From the NCBI GenBank assembly GCA_963727485.1, contig CAVSGM010000002.1, positions 960,001 to 1,024,000 of the forward strand: DNA of 64,000 bases. The letters run 5' to 3'. The stretch is from an uncultured delta proteobacterium (GTDB lineage: Bacteria > Myxococcota > Myxococcia > SLRQ01). The stretch's first letter is position 1. Every line of letters starts with the position of its first letter. Below, piece after piece: positions 30,259 through 41,744 of this stretch. Made by a program: the position numbers and the translations under genes. The notes beneath the pieces were generated by a model. The model did no database searches. It saw only the letters and a list, made by a program, of their open reading frames with translations, and was not told the origin of the DNA.

Positions 30259-32328
30259 TCAGTTGCCCGCGGCCCCCGCCGGCTGGATCTCGGTGATCTG
30301 CCCCTGGTCCACCGTGAGGAAGAACAGCGGCTTGTGGGCCTCGCCGTCGGCGTCGAAGGAGGTGTCGCCGGTGGCCCCGGGGAAGTCCTTCACCGCCAGC
30401 AGCGCGGTGCGGAAGTCGGTGCGATCCGCCGGGTGGGCGTGCTCGATCACCGACCGGACGATGCCCGCGGTGTCGAAGCCGATGGCCTCGAGGTAGCCGG
30501 GGGTCTGATCCTTCCCGTGGAGGTTCTGGTACTGGGCCACGAAGTCCTGGGTCGCCTTGCGGGTGGAGGCGGGGAAGAAGCCGTCGACGAAGACCGAGCA
30601 GTCCACGTACTTGCCCGCCCGCTGCACCAGCTCCGGGTTGTTCCAGACGTTGGAGCCCAGGAGCCGCACGGTGTGGAGCTTCTTGTCCCCGGTGGTCTTC
30701 TTGATCCGCGCGAGGTCCCGGGTGTCGCAGACGTTGGTGATCACGTCGTCCACCGCCAGCGCCGGGGCGATGAGGCTCACCGTCTTGTAGGAGTCGGGGA
30801 TGAAGAGCACGTCGAAGTCGGTGGTCGGCTCCAGGGCGTTCTTCGCCTTCTCCAGGGCCTTGCGCTGCCGGTAGGGGTCGGAGATCCCGGCCTTGATGTG
30901 GTCGATCTCCTGCTGGTACTCGGGCCGGTACTTCAGGTAGTAGCGCCCCACCAGCTTGTCGATGTCATGGCCGAAGGTGGTCTCGTCGTGGTCGTACTCC
31001 TCGGCGGCGCGGACCTCGAGGTGGCGCTTCTCCACGTCGGTCCAGAAGTCGTCCATCATCGCCTGGCCGTAGGGATGGTTGGGGTAGAGGATCCCGAAGG
31101 TCTTGGCCCCCAGCTTGTTCACCGCGTAGTCCACCAGGGCCTGGGCCTGGGCGGAGTTGGTGAGGGCGTTGCGGAAGATCCAGCTCCCCAGCTCGGGGAG
31201 GCCCTCGGCGCTGGAGAGGCTGACCATGGGCACCGCCAGCTCCTCGGCCTTGGCGGCGGCGGCGGTGGCGGTGTTGGACAGAAGCGGCCCGATGATCGCC
31301 ACCACGTGCTGGCCGAGGACCAGGTCCTCCACGTCCTTGGCCGCGGTCTGGGGATCGCCCTTGCTGTCGCGGATCACCAGGGTGACGTCGGCGCCGGTCC
31401 CCGCCTCGGTGTTCAGCGCCATCCCCACCCCGCGCATCACCGCCTCGCCGAAGACCTTGTAGTCGCCGCTCATGGGGAGGATGAGGCCGACGACCTTGGG
31501 CTCCACCTGGGCCAGGCGCGTCAGCCGCCCCAGGAGGGTCTTGGCCTCGGCGGCGTAGGCCCCGTCGGGCCACTGCTTCAGGTACTGGCGGACCGCGTCG
31601 GCGGCCCGGGCGTAGTCCCCGAGGTGGTAGTGGATCTTGGCGAGCTTGAGGACCACCAGGGGGTAGGCCGGGGAGCCCTTGGGGAGGTCCTGCTCCAGCT
31701 GGGCGAGGCCCAGGGCCGGGACCTTGCCGTCGACCAGCGCCAACAGCTGCTCCCGGGCCGCCGCCTGCTTCTCGGGGGTGTCGGCGAGCTGCTGCACCTC
31801 GCCGATCCACCGCACCGCCTGGGTCCAGTCCTCCAGGCCCACCGCGGCGTCGGAGAGGGCGCTGGCGGCCTGGGCCCGGTCCGCCCCCTCGAGGCTCGCG
31901 TAGGCGGGGCGGAGGATCTGGAGGGCGTCGTTGTAGTCGCCGAGCTTGAGGTGGGCGAGGCCGAGGGCGAGGCGCGCCCGGGGCACCAGCGGCGAGAGGG
32001 GGTGATCGGCGAGGAGCCTCGTGTAGGCCTGCTCGGCGGCCTGGTCGTGGCCGAGCGCCGCCTGGCTCTTCGCCAGGTAGAACTGCGCCTGGTCGGCCTC
32101 GTCGGCCTTGGGGTAGTCCGCCAGGAAGGCCTGGAACCCGGCGACGGCCTGATCGAGGTTCCCGGCGTCGTAGGCGGCCTTGGCCGAGTCGTAGGCCTTG
32201 GCGGCGGCGTCATCGACGGTCATCCGCACCCCGCCCACCACCACCGTGGGCTTGGGGCAGCCGGCGAGGAGGACGGTGAGGCCGAGGAGGAGGGGAACGA
32301 GGGGACGTAGGCCGCGGGTCATGGGCAT
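30259..32328 (-). CDS. TPR + periplasmic-binding-fold lipoprotein (LpoA-like PBP activator)
   Basis: Lipobox LAGC, TPR helices, GLILPMSG, AIIGPLLS, DVLFIPD, FPGATG. Confidence 0.8.
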   Translation of the reverse strand: MPMTRGLRPLVPLLLGLTVLLAGCPKPTVVVGGVRMTVDDAAAKAYDSAKAAYDAGNLDQAVAGFQAFLADYPKADEADQAQFYLAKSQAALGHDQAAEQAYTRLLADHPLSPLVPRARLALGLAHLKLGDYNDALQILRPAYASLEGADRAQAASALSDAAVGLEDWTQAVRWIGEVQQLADTPEKQAAAREQLLALVDGKVPALGLAQLEQDLPKGSPAYPLVVLKLAKIHYHLGDYARAADAVRQYLKQWPDGAYAAEAKTLLGRLTRLAQVEPKVVGLILPMSGDYKVFGEAVMRGVGMALNTEAGTGADVTLVIRDSKGDPQTAAKDVEDLVLGQHVVAIIGPLLSNTATAAAAKAEELAVPMVSLSSAEGLPELGSWIFRNALTNSAQAQALVDYAVNKLGAKTFGILYPNHPYGQAMMDDFWTDVEKRHLEVRAAEEYDHDETTFGHDIDKLVGRYYLKYRPEYQQEIDHIKAGISDPYRQRKALEKAKNALEPTTDFDVLFIPDSYKTVSLIAPALAVDDVITNVCDTRDLARIKKTTGDKKLHTVRLLGSNVWNNPELVQRAGKYVDCSVFVDGFFPASTRKATQDFVAQYQNLHGKDQTPGYLEAIGFDTAGIVRSVIEHAHPADRTDFRTALLAVKDFPGATGDTSFDADGEAHKPLFFLTVDQGQITEIQPAGAAGN

Positions 32329-32437
32329 CACTCCGGGCGGGGATGATCCCAGAGGGACCGGGGCGAGTCCAGAGCGGGGCGGCCCCGGGTCCCCGCCCCC
32401 GCGCCGGGCGCCGTCCTGGCCGCGCCCCGCACGCCGG

Positions 32438-33559
32438 TCACTCGCCGCCGAAGATCTCCCGGACCTTCTCGAAGAAGCCCTTGGCGTGGGGATGGACCTC
32501 GTCGCCGCTCTCGTCGGCGAGCTGCTGCAGCAGCTCCTTCTGCCTGGCGTTGAGGCCCGTGGGCGTCTCCACCAGGATCCGCACGTGCTGGTCGCCGCGG
32601 CCCCGGCCGCCGAGGTGGGGCACGCCCTTGTTCTTGAGGCGCAGCACCTGGCCGCTCTGGATCCCCTCGGGGACCTCGAGGGGCTCGGGGCCGTCGAGGG
32701 TGGGGACGGTGATCTCGGCGCCGAGGGCCGCCTGGGCGAAGCTCACCGGGACCTCGCAGAGCACCTCGTCGTCCTCGCGGACGAACACCGGGTGCTCCTT
32801 GACGTGGCAGACCACGTAGAGGTCGCCCGGGGGCGCGCCGGGCTCCCCGGCCTCGCCCTCGCCGGCGAGGCGCAGGCGGGTCCCGGTGTCGACCCCCGGG
32901 GGCACCTTGACGGTGAGGGTGGACTCCTTGCGGATCTTGCCCCCGCCGCGGCAGGTCTCGCAGGGGTCGCTGACCACCTGGCCCGAGCCGCTGCAGTGGG
33001 GGCAGGTCCGGGAGATGGCGAAGAAGCCCTGGGAGTAGCGGACCTCGCCGGCGCCGTGGCAGGTGGGGCAGGCCTTGGGCGAGGTCCCGGGCTTGGCGCC
33101 GCTGCCCCCGCAGGTCTCGCAGCGCACCTGGCGGGGGATGCGGATCTCGGTCTCGGTGCCGAACGCCGCGTCCTCGAAGGCGAGCTCGAGGTTGTAGCGG
33201 AGGTCGGCGCCCCGGGCCCGGCCACCGCCCCGGCGGCCGCCGAAGATGTCCCCGAAGATGTCGCCGAAGATGTCGTTGATCCCGCCGCCGAAGCCCCCGC
33301 CGCCGCGGAAGCCCGCGAAGGGATCGCCACCGCCGCCCCCGAGGCCGGCGTGGCCGAACTGGTCGTAGCGGGCCCGCTGCTCGGGATCGGAGAGGACCTT
33401 GTAGGCCTCGCTGATCTCCTTGAAGCGGTCCTCGGACTCGGGATCGTCGGGGTTCTTGTCGGGGTGGTACTGCTGGGCGAGGCGCCGATAGGCGCTCTTG
33501 ATCTCGCGGCCCTCGGCGTTCCGGGAGACCTCCAGCACCTCGTAGTAGTCGCGCTTCAA
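32438..33559 (-). CDS. dnaJ: Chaperone DnaJ
   Basis: [11 protein letters not shown] motif, four CxxCxGxG motifs. Confidence 0.97.
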   Translation of the reverse strand: MKRDYYEVLEVSRNAEGREIKSAYRRLAQQYHPDKNPDDPESEDRFKEISEAYKVLSDPEQRARYDQFGHAGLGGGGGDPFAGFRGGGGFGGGINDIFGDIFGDIFGGRRGGGRARGADLRYNLELAFEDAAFGTETEIRIPRQVRCETCGGSGAKPGTSPKACPTCHGAGEVRYSQGFFAISRTCPHCSGSGQVVSDPCETCRGGGKIRKESTLTVKVPPGVDTGTRLRLAGEGEAGEPGAPPGDLYVVCHVKEHPVFVREDDEVLCEVPVSFAQAALGAEITVPTLDGPEPLEVPEGIQSGQVLRLKNKGVPHLGGRGRGDQHVRILVETPTGLNARQKELLQQLADESGDEVHPHAKGFFEKVREIFGGE

Positions 33560-33565
33560 AGCTGG

Positions 33566-35392
<1,827 letters not shown>

Positions 35393-35393
35393 T

Positions 35394-36305
35394 TCAGTCC
35401 CCCTCGTTTCCACCGGGTGGATCGCCGGGCGAGGTGCCCGTCTCTCCGACCGGTCCCCCCGGATCCGGCGCCGCCCCCTCGGGCTCAGCCTCGGACCCGG
35501 CGGCCTCCGCCCCCGCGCCGGCCACCGCGGCCTCGGCCCCGGGGCCGTCCGAGAGCCCGGCGGCCCCCGCGGGCGCCTTGGCCACCACCACCATCGCCGG
35601 CCGCACCAGCCGGCCCTGGAGCGTGTAGCCCCGCATGAACTCCATGGCCACGTGGCCCGCCGGGACCTCGGCGGTCTCCTGCTCCTGCATGGCCTCGTGG
35701 AAGTTGGGATCGAACTTCTTGCCCAGGGCGCTGAACTGCTCGACCCCGTAGCGGGAGAGGACCTCCAGGAACTGCTTGTGGACCATCTCGACCCCGGCGA
35801 CAATCTGCTCGTGGCCGGCCTGACGGGAGGCCTCCATGGCCCGCTCCATGTTGTCGAGGACCGGGAGCAGGTCCTTGAGGAGCTTCTCGACGGCGAACTT
35901 CCGCTCGTCCTCGCGCTCCCGGGCGACCCGCTTCTTGTAGTTCTCGAAGTCGGCGGTGCTGCGCAGCAGGCGGTCCTCGAGGTCCTTGGCCTTCTCCTCC
36001 ATGACCTCGAGCTCGTCCCGGGCCTTGCGCATCTCGGCGAGGGCGCGGATCACCCCCTCACCGGCGCCAGCGGCCGGCGCCCCCGGCGCGTCCGTCTCGA
36101 TCTCGACCTCCACTCCGGGATCGTCACCCTTCTTCCGGCGCTCATAGGAGGCCTCGGCCTCCCGCATCGCCGCCTCCAGCGCCGGATCGACGTCGAACGA
36201 GGCATCGGACGAGGCGTCGGGCCCAGAGGTTACCTCGGAAGTGTCGGCGGGCTGGGCGTCCGCGTCCTCGGGGGTCTGGGGGAGTTTGTCCGGGTCCTCG
36301 GGCAT
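35394..36305 (-). CDS. grpE: Nucleotide exchange factor GrpE with long acidic terminal extensions
   Basis: [45 protein letters not shown]. Confidence 0.95.
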   Translation of the reverse strand: MPEDPDKLPQTPEDADAQPADTSEVTSGPDASSDASFDVDPALEAAMREAEASYERRKKGDDPGVEVEIETDAPGAPAAGAGEGVIRALAEMRKARDELEVMEEKAKDLEDRLLRSTADFENYKKRVAREREDERKFAVEKLLKDLLPVLDNMERAMEASRQAGHEQIVAGVEMVHKQFLEVLSRYGVEQFSALGKKFDPNFHEAMQEQETAEVPAGHVAMEFMRGYTLQGRLVRPAMVVVAKAPAGAAGLSDGPGAEAAVAGAGAEAAGSEAEPEGAAPDPGGPVGETGTSPGDPPGGNEGD

Positions 36306-36397
36306 CGTGGGCGGTCTCCAAAGGACGGCGGGGCTGAAGGGTGGCAGGTGCCGGGGGTTTGATAGAGGAAAAGGGCGGTGACGGCAAATGACGCAGC

Positions 36398-37468
36398 TCA
36401 CGCGTCCTCGTCGGCGAAGGTCCGGGTCAGGAGGCTGGCGGTGTACCCCACCAGGGGCGCCACCCGACCGTAGTCCATTCGGGTGGGTCCAATCACCCCC
36501 AAGGTGCCCAGGACCGTCTCGCCCCGGCGGTAGGAGGCGACCACCACCGACACGTCCTCGCCGGCGAGCTCGGACTCGGCGCCGATGAAGATCTGGATGC
36601 CGCTGGCGTCCTCGGCCCGCTCGAGCATCCGGAGGATCAGCTCCTTGCCCTCGAGGGCCTCGAGGAGCCCCCGGGCCTTGGTGGCGTCGGCGAACTCGGG
36701 GACGTCGAGGAAGCTCGCCGCCCCCTCGACGATGACCTCCGAGGCCGCCCCCGGGGACGCCTCCAGGGCCTCCCGGCCGAGCTCGAGGGCCCGGGCCTGG
36801 AGCTGGTCGTAGGCCGCCCGCTCCTCGACCAGGGCCGCCTCGATGCGCTGGCGGACCTCGGCGATGGTCCCGGTGCCCTCGAGAATGGACTCGAGGTAGT
36901 TGCCCGCCCGGTCGAGCTCGGCCTGGGTCACGTCGACCTCGACGGTGAGGACCCGGTTCTGGACCAGCCCCGCCCCGGTCACCAGGACCGCGAGCACCCG
37001 ATCGTCCCGGAGGCGGATGAAGCGGATCTCCCGGAACACCTCCTGGGCGAGCCGGGGGAGGGCCACCACCGCCGCCAGGTGGGTGAGGCGGTGGAGGACC
37101 TTGCCGGTGTGGAGGAGGCGCTCGGGGACGTCCGCCGGGGGCGGGGCGTACTGGCGATCGACCTGGGCCCGGGCCCGGCTGGCCAGCGGCCGGGTCGGGA
37201 GCAGGGCGTCGACGTAGAGGCGGAAGGCCTTGGAGGTGGGGATGCGCCCGGCGGAGGTGTGGGGCTTGGCGAGGTAGCCGAGGTGCTCGAGGTCGGCCAT
37301 CACGTTGCGCACGGTGGCCGGCGACACGTCGAGGCCGTGGCCCCGGGTGAGGGTCCGGGAGCCCACCGGCTCGGCGTGCTCGATGTAGTCCTGGATGATG
37401 GCCTGGAGGACCCGGACGTCGCGAGTGGAGAGGTCCGGCTCGGCCGCGGTGACCTTCAGATCGGCCAT
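36398..37468 (-). CDS. hrcA: Heat-inducible transcription repressor
   Basis: EPVGSRTL, SPATVRNVMADLE, PHTSAGRIPT, GVIGPTRMDY. Confidence 0.97.
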   Translation of the reverse strand: MADLKVTAAEPDLSTRDVRVLQAIIQDYIEHAEPVGSRTLTRGHGLDVSPATVRNVMADLEHLGYLAKPHTSAGRIPTSKAFRLYVDALLPTRPLASRARAQVDRQYAPPPADVPERLLHTGKVLHRLTHLAAVVALPRLAQEVFREIRFIRLRDDRVLAVLVTGAGLVQNRVLTVEVDVTQAELDRAGNYLESILEGTGTIAEVRQRIEAALVEERAAYDQLQARALELGREALEASPGAASEVIVEGAASFLDVPEFADATKARGLLEALEGKELILRMLERAEDASGIQIFIGAESELAGEDVSVVVASYRRGETVLGTLGVIGPTRMDYGRVAPLVGYTASLLTRTFADEDA

Positions 37469-37519
37469 GTCGCTCGCTCGTCGCCCCCTGGGGCGACCTA
37501 AGTACTTGAAGCTTCTCAA

Positions 37520-37547
37520 AATCTAACGGGCGCCCCCCCCATGTCAA
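37520..37547 (-). promoter_or_regulatory. Sigma70-type promoter of the hrcA operon
   Basis: TTGACA-N16-TAGATT on the minus strand; the spacer contains a homopolymer run. Confidence 0.7.
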
Positions 37548-37625
37548 GGGACCCCGGGCGCCGGGGCCCGGCGGGGCGGCGGCCGGCCCCCCGGCGGGGC
37601 GGCGGCGGACATAAGGCGGGCCGCG

Positions 37626-37655
37626 TTGACGCCCGCTCGGAGGCGCTGCTAGCGT
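37626..37655 (+). promoter_or_regulatory. Possible sigma70-type promoter of the lipoprotein operon
   Basis: TTGACG-N18-TAGCGT with a TGn extension. Confidence 0.45.
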
Positions 37656-37713
37656 GTCCCTCCTGCGCATCCTGCGCGCCGGAACCCCGTGGCGCAACGG
37701 GGGTTTACCGCTC

Positions 37714-38793
37714 GTGAAGCCCCACCGTCACCGCCTCCCCTTCGTCGCCGTGGTCTGCGGCCTGGCCGTCGTCTCCGCCTGCCAGTGCCAGGACCCGACC
37801 CTGGGCCGCACCCTGCCGCCCGGGGCCCACATCGACACCTTCCAGCAGGCGAAGGTCTCCAAGCTCGACCTCCTCTGGGTCGTCGACAACTCCAAGTCGA
37901 TGATCGAGGAGCAGCAGAACCTCGCCAAGAACCTCCTGAGCTTCTTCCGCTACCTCCAGGAGGACGACGTCGACTACCACATCGTCGTCACCACCACCGA
38001 CGACCTCAGCATGCACGGGCAGCTCGTCGGCCGGCCGGCGCTGCTCACCCCGAGCACCTCGAACGTCCTCGCGGACTTCCAGTCCAACGTCCAGGTGGGC
38101 ATCAACGGCAGCGCCCTGGAGCAGGGCCTCGCCGCGGCCAGCGACGCCCTGAACGCCAACCCCCAGGGGTTTTTGCGGGACGACGCCTACCTGATGCTGA
38201 TCTTCGTCAGCGACGAGGACGACCACAGCTTCGGGGAGCTGCGCTACTACTGGCGGGTCTTCGAGCAGCTCAAGGGCATCGGCAACCAGGCCAAGGTGGA
38301 GATGGGCGCCATCATCGGGCCCCCGTCCAACCCGGACACCGGCGATCCCGGGGGCTGCGAGTCGGCCAACGGCAAGGCCGCCGCCGGGGACCGCTACGCC
38401 GCCCTCATCGACCAGGTGGGCGGGGTCTGGGGCTCCATCTGCGACGCCTCCTTCGACACCACCCTGGAGAAGCTGGGGGCGGCGGCGGTGGGCCTCAAGC
38501 GCAAGTTCCTGCTCTCGGACACCCCCGATCCCTCGACCCTCCAGGTCTTCGTCCACTACCCCTGCACCGGCCGGCCCTCGAAGCTGGGGACCTGCGAGAC
38601 GGTGAAGGACACCTGCCAGGACGCGAACCCGAACAACCGGGACTACCTGTGCACCCCGCCGAAGGGCGCCCCCGACGGGTGGACCTACGAGGCGGCGAGC
38701 AACGCCATCTTCTTCCAGGGGGACTCGGTCCCCGGGCTCAAGGCCACCGTCGAGGTGGTCTACCAGAAGCCCAAGGCCCCGGTGACCCACTGA
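37714..38793 (+). CDS. vWA-domain (MIDAS) lipoprotein
   Basis: Signal ending VSAC; DLLWVVDNSKSM (DxSxS); FLRDDAYL.LIFVSDEDD. Confidence 0.85.
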   Translation: MKPHRHRLPFVAVVCGLAVVSACQCQDPTLGRTLPPGAHIDTFQQAKVSKLDLLWVVDNSKSMIEEQQNLAKNLLSFFRYLQEDDVDYHIVVTTTDDLSMHGQLVGRPALLTPSTSNVLADFQSNVQVGINGSALEQGLAAASDALNANPQGFLRDDAYLMLIFVSDEDDHSFGELRYYWRVFEQLKGIGNQAKVEMGAIIGPPSNPDTGDPGGCESANGKAAAGDRYAALIDQVGGVWGSICDASFDTTLEKLGAAAVGLKRKFLLSDTPDPSTLQVFVHYPCTGRPSKLGTCETVKDTCQDANPNNRDYLCTPPKGAPDGWTYEAASNAIFFQGDSVPGLKATVEVVYQKPKAPVTH

Positions 38794-40250
38794 TGCGCCG
38801 CCCGGTCCGAACCCGCCCCGCCCTCGCCGCCGCCCTCCTCGGGGCCCTGGCGCTTGGGGCCTGCGGGGGGCCCTCGCTGGCCCAGGTCCAGCCCCACATC
38901 CACGTCAAGGAGAAGGGCCTGGTGTTCCCGGTGATCCCGGTCCTCAACCACGAGACCCTCGCCGCCGACGTCGACGACACGGGCCAGGCGCCCCTGACCC
39001 TCTCGGCGAAGATCACCGGCCCCGACGCCGACGCCTTCGCCCTGGGGACGGTCGAGAGCCCGGTGCCCGCCGGGGGTACGACCAAGGTGAACGTCACCTT
39101 CACCCCCCCCGACGAGCGCACCTACCAGGCCACCCTGGAGCTTGCCTCCAACGACCCGGACACCCCGGTGGTGAAGGTGAGCCTCGCCGGCGAGGGGAAG
39201 ACCAAGGGCTGCCTTTCCGTCACCCCCGACCACCTCGACTTCGGGACCGTGGGCGAGGGGCAGACCGCGGTGCTGCCCTTCACCCTCACCGCCGGGTGCA
39301 CCGCCCCGCTCCTGGTCGACTCGGTGGCCTTCGCCAAGGGCACCTCCCAGAGCTACCAGCCGGTGGGCTCCTGGGGCTCGGGCACCCTGAACCCCGGCGA
39401 CAGCCTGCCCCTCTCGGTGGCCTTCCGGCCGAGGCCCGGGGAGCAGGTGACCACCGGGACCATCGAGGTCCACTCCGCCGACCCCCTCAAGCCGATCCAG
39501 ACCGTGGCCCTGGCCGCCCAGATCAACCGGGCGCCCATCCCCGACTGCGGCCAGTCCGAGGTCGACGCCGCCCCGGGCGACACCGTGACCTTCGACGGCT
39601 CGGCGAGCCACGACCCCGACGGGAACACGCCCCTGACCTACGCCTGGCGGGTGGACGCCAGGCCCCTGGACTCCAACACCGATCTCGTGGGCGCGGACAC
39701 CGCCAGGCCCACCCTCGACCTCGACGTCCCCGGGGACTGGACGGTGAGCCTTTCGGTCACCGACTCGACCGGGGTGGCCAGCGTGAGCCGCTGCCAGGTG
39801 GCGGTGAAGGCGATCCCCGCGGAGAAGCTCTACGTGGAGCTGGTGTGGGACAACGCGGTCACCGACCTCGACCTCCACTTCCTCGCCCCCAACGCCAGCT
39901 ACGAGGGGGCAAAGGACTGCTGGTGGGCAAACCAGCACCCGGACTTCGGGGTCCAGGGCGACCCCAGTGACGACCCCAGCTGCGGCCCCGACGACCTGGC
40001 GGGCTTCGGCCCCGAGACGGCCACCTACGACACCCCGGCCGACGGCACCTACACGGTGGTGGTCGACTTCCCCAAGGACAACGGCGCCGCCCACCCGGAC
40101 ACCCACGCCACCGTCCGGGTGTACGAGCTGGGGGTGGTGGTCGCCGAGCTCGACCAGGACCTCAAGAAGGCCCACGAGCGGTGGATCGCCGGGACCATCG
40201 ACTGGCCCAGCGGCAAGGTCACCCCCTCCACCAAGGTGACGACCTACTGA
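38793..40250 (+). CDS. Lipoprotein with two Ig-like (choice-of-anchor D type) domains, a PKD-like domain and a YfaP/DUF2135-like C-terminus
   Basis: Lipobox LGAC; VTFTP...SNDPD; LDFGTV; FDGSASHDPDG..LTYAW; ELVWD...DLDLH...GFGPE. Confidence 0.8.
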   Translation: MRRPVRTRPALAAALLGALALGACGGPSLAQVQPHIHVKEKGLVFPVIPVLNHETLAADVDDTGQAPLTLSAKITGPDADAFALGTVESPVPAGGTTKVNVTFTPPDERTYQATLELASNDPDTPVVKVSLAGEGKTKGCLSVTPDHLDFGTVGEGQTAVLPFTLTAGCTAPLLVDSVAFAKGTSQSYQPVGSWGSGTLNPGDSLPLSVAFRPRPGEQVTTGTIEVHSADPLKPIQTVALAAQINRAPIPDCGQSEVDAAPGDTVTFDGSASHDPDGNTPLTYAWRVDARPLDSNTDLVGADTARPTLDLDVPGDWTVSLSVTDSTGVASVSRCQVAVKAIPAEKLYVELVWDNAVTDLDLHFLAPNASYEGAKDCWWANQHPDFGVQGDPSDDPSCGPDDLAGFGPETATYDTPADGTYTVVVDFPKDNGAAHPDTHATVRVYELGVVVAELDQDLKKAHERWIAGTIDWPSGKVTPSTKVTTY

Positions 40251-41744
40251 TGGCCCGCGCCCGCGCCATGGCCCTCGCCTTCGGCCTGCTCGCCCTCGCC
40301 GTCGCCGGATGCAAGGGGGCGTCCACCGGGGGGAACGACGGGGGCACCGACGCCGGCGCCGCCGAGTGCCAGAGCCGCGCCGACTGCACCGGCGGCCTGG
40401 TGTGCAAGGGCGGCCAGTGCGTGGGCTGCCAGCGGGACCGGGAGTGCAAGGCCGACGAGAATCTGCAACCCGGTCAAGCAAATCTGCGAGTACCGGCCCT
40501 GCTTCGGCGGCCAGTGCCAGACCCACGCCGACTGCCCCCTGGGACAGTTCTGCGTCCAGGGGCTGTGCCGCAAGCCCTCGAGCACCACCAGCGACGGCTG
40601 CCCCGGGGTCACCCCCTGCGCCACCACCGCCGACTGCCCCGAGGGGTTCAAGTGCAACCCCGACACCCTGGTGTGCGAGGAGAACGTGGGCTGCTACGGC
40701 GACGCCGCCTGCCCCGACGGCTACTACTGCAACCTCGCCACCCACGGCTGCGAGCAGACCTGCACCCAAAGCGACGCCTCGAGCGTGTGCCCGGCGAGCT
40801 ACCAGTGCGCCAGCGGCCGGTGCGTGGAGTGCACCGTCGACGCCGACTGCGGCGCCGGGCTCAAGTGCGACGCCACCGCCGGGCGCTGCGCCGGGACCGC
40901 CACCTGCTTCTCCGACCGGGACTGCGTCCACCCCCTGGTGTGCAACAAGGCCACCGGCCAGTGCACCGACCAGCCGCCCCTGTGCGTCTCCGACGCCGAC
41001 TGCCTCGTAGGCGAGGTCTGCCAGATCCGAACCGGGGCCTGCGTGTCGGCCACCTGCCTCCCCGACGCCCTCGAGCCCAACGACACCGAGGCCAGCGCCG
41101 CCGCGGTGACCCCCGGGCTCTACAGCAACCTCACCCTCTGCGGCGGGCAGCCCGACTGGTTCAAGCTCGACCTCGGGGCCGGGGACCAGGTGAGCCTCAC
41201 GGTGAGCCCGCCGAACCTCGCCGGGACCAACTTCACCACCGTCTTCTACGACCCCACGGGCAGCCAGGTGCTCGGCTCCGGGAGCCTCCAGGTGGACACC
41301 CGCGCCCCCGCCGCGGGAACCTACCCCTTCGTGGTCCGCGCCACCGACGCCCGGGACGACTACACCCTGCGCATCCTGGTGTCCCGGGGGACCCCCTGCG
41401 AGGACGACGCCTACGAGCCCGACGACAGCTTCACCGCCGCCGCCCCCCTCGACGCCGGGGACCACGTGAACCTCATGAAGTGCCCGAACAACGCCGACTG
41501 GTACCTGGTGGCCGTGCCCCGGGGGCAGTCGCTCACCGCGACCCTCCACTCGGACCCCACCCAGGGGCCGCTTGCGCTTTCCGCCTACGACTCCGACGGC
41601 ACCACCCTGCTGGCGAAGACCACCACCACCGCCCCCGACGAGCCGCTGACGGTGACCGGCGCCAGCGCCGACCGGGTCTTCCTCCAGGTGGTCGCCTCGC
41701 CGACCACCCAGAACGCCTACGACCTGAACCTGGTCCTCCAATGA
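40250..41744 (+). CDS. Cys-rich lipoprotein with two C-terminal PPC-like domains; frameshift at ~40460
   Basis: Lipobox VAGC; C-x4-C-x4-C repeats; DALEPND...DWF and DAYEPDD...DWY. Deleting one A at 40460 joins ORF 40181 to ORF 40671..41744. Confidence 0.82.
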
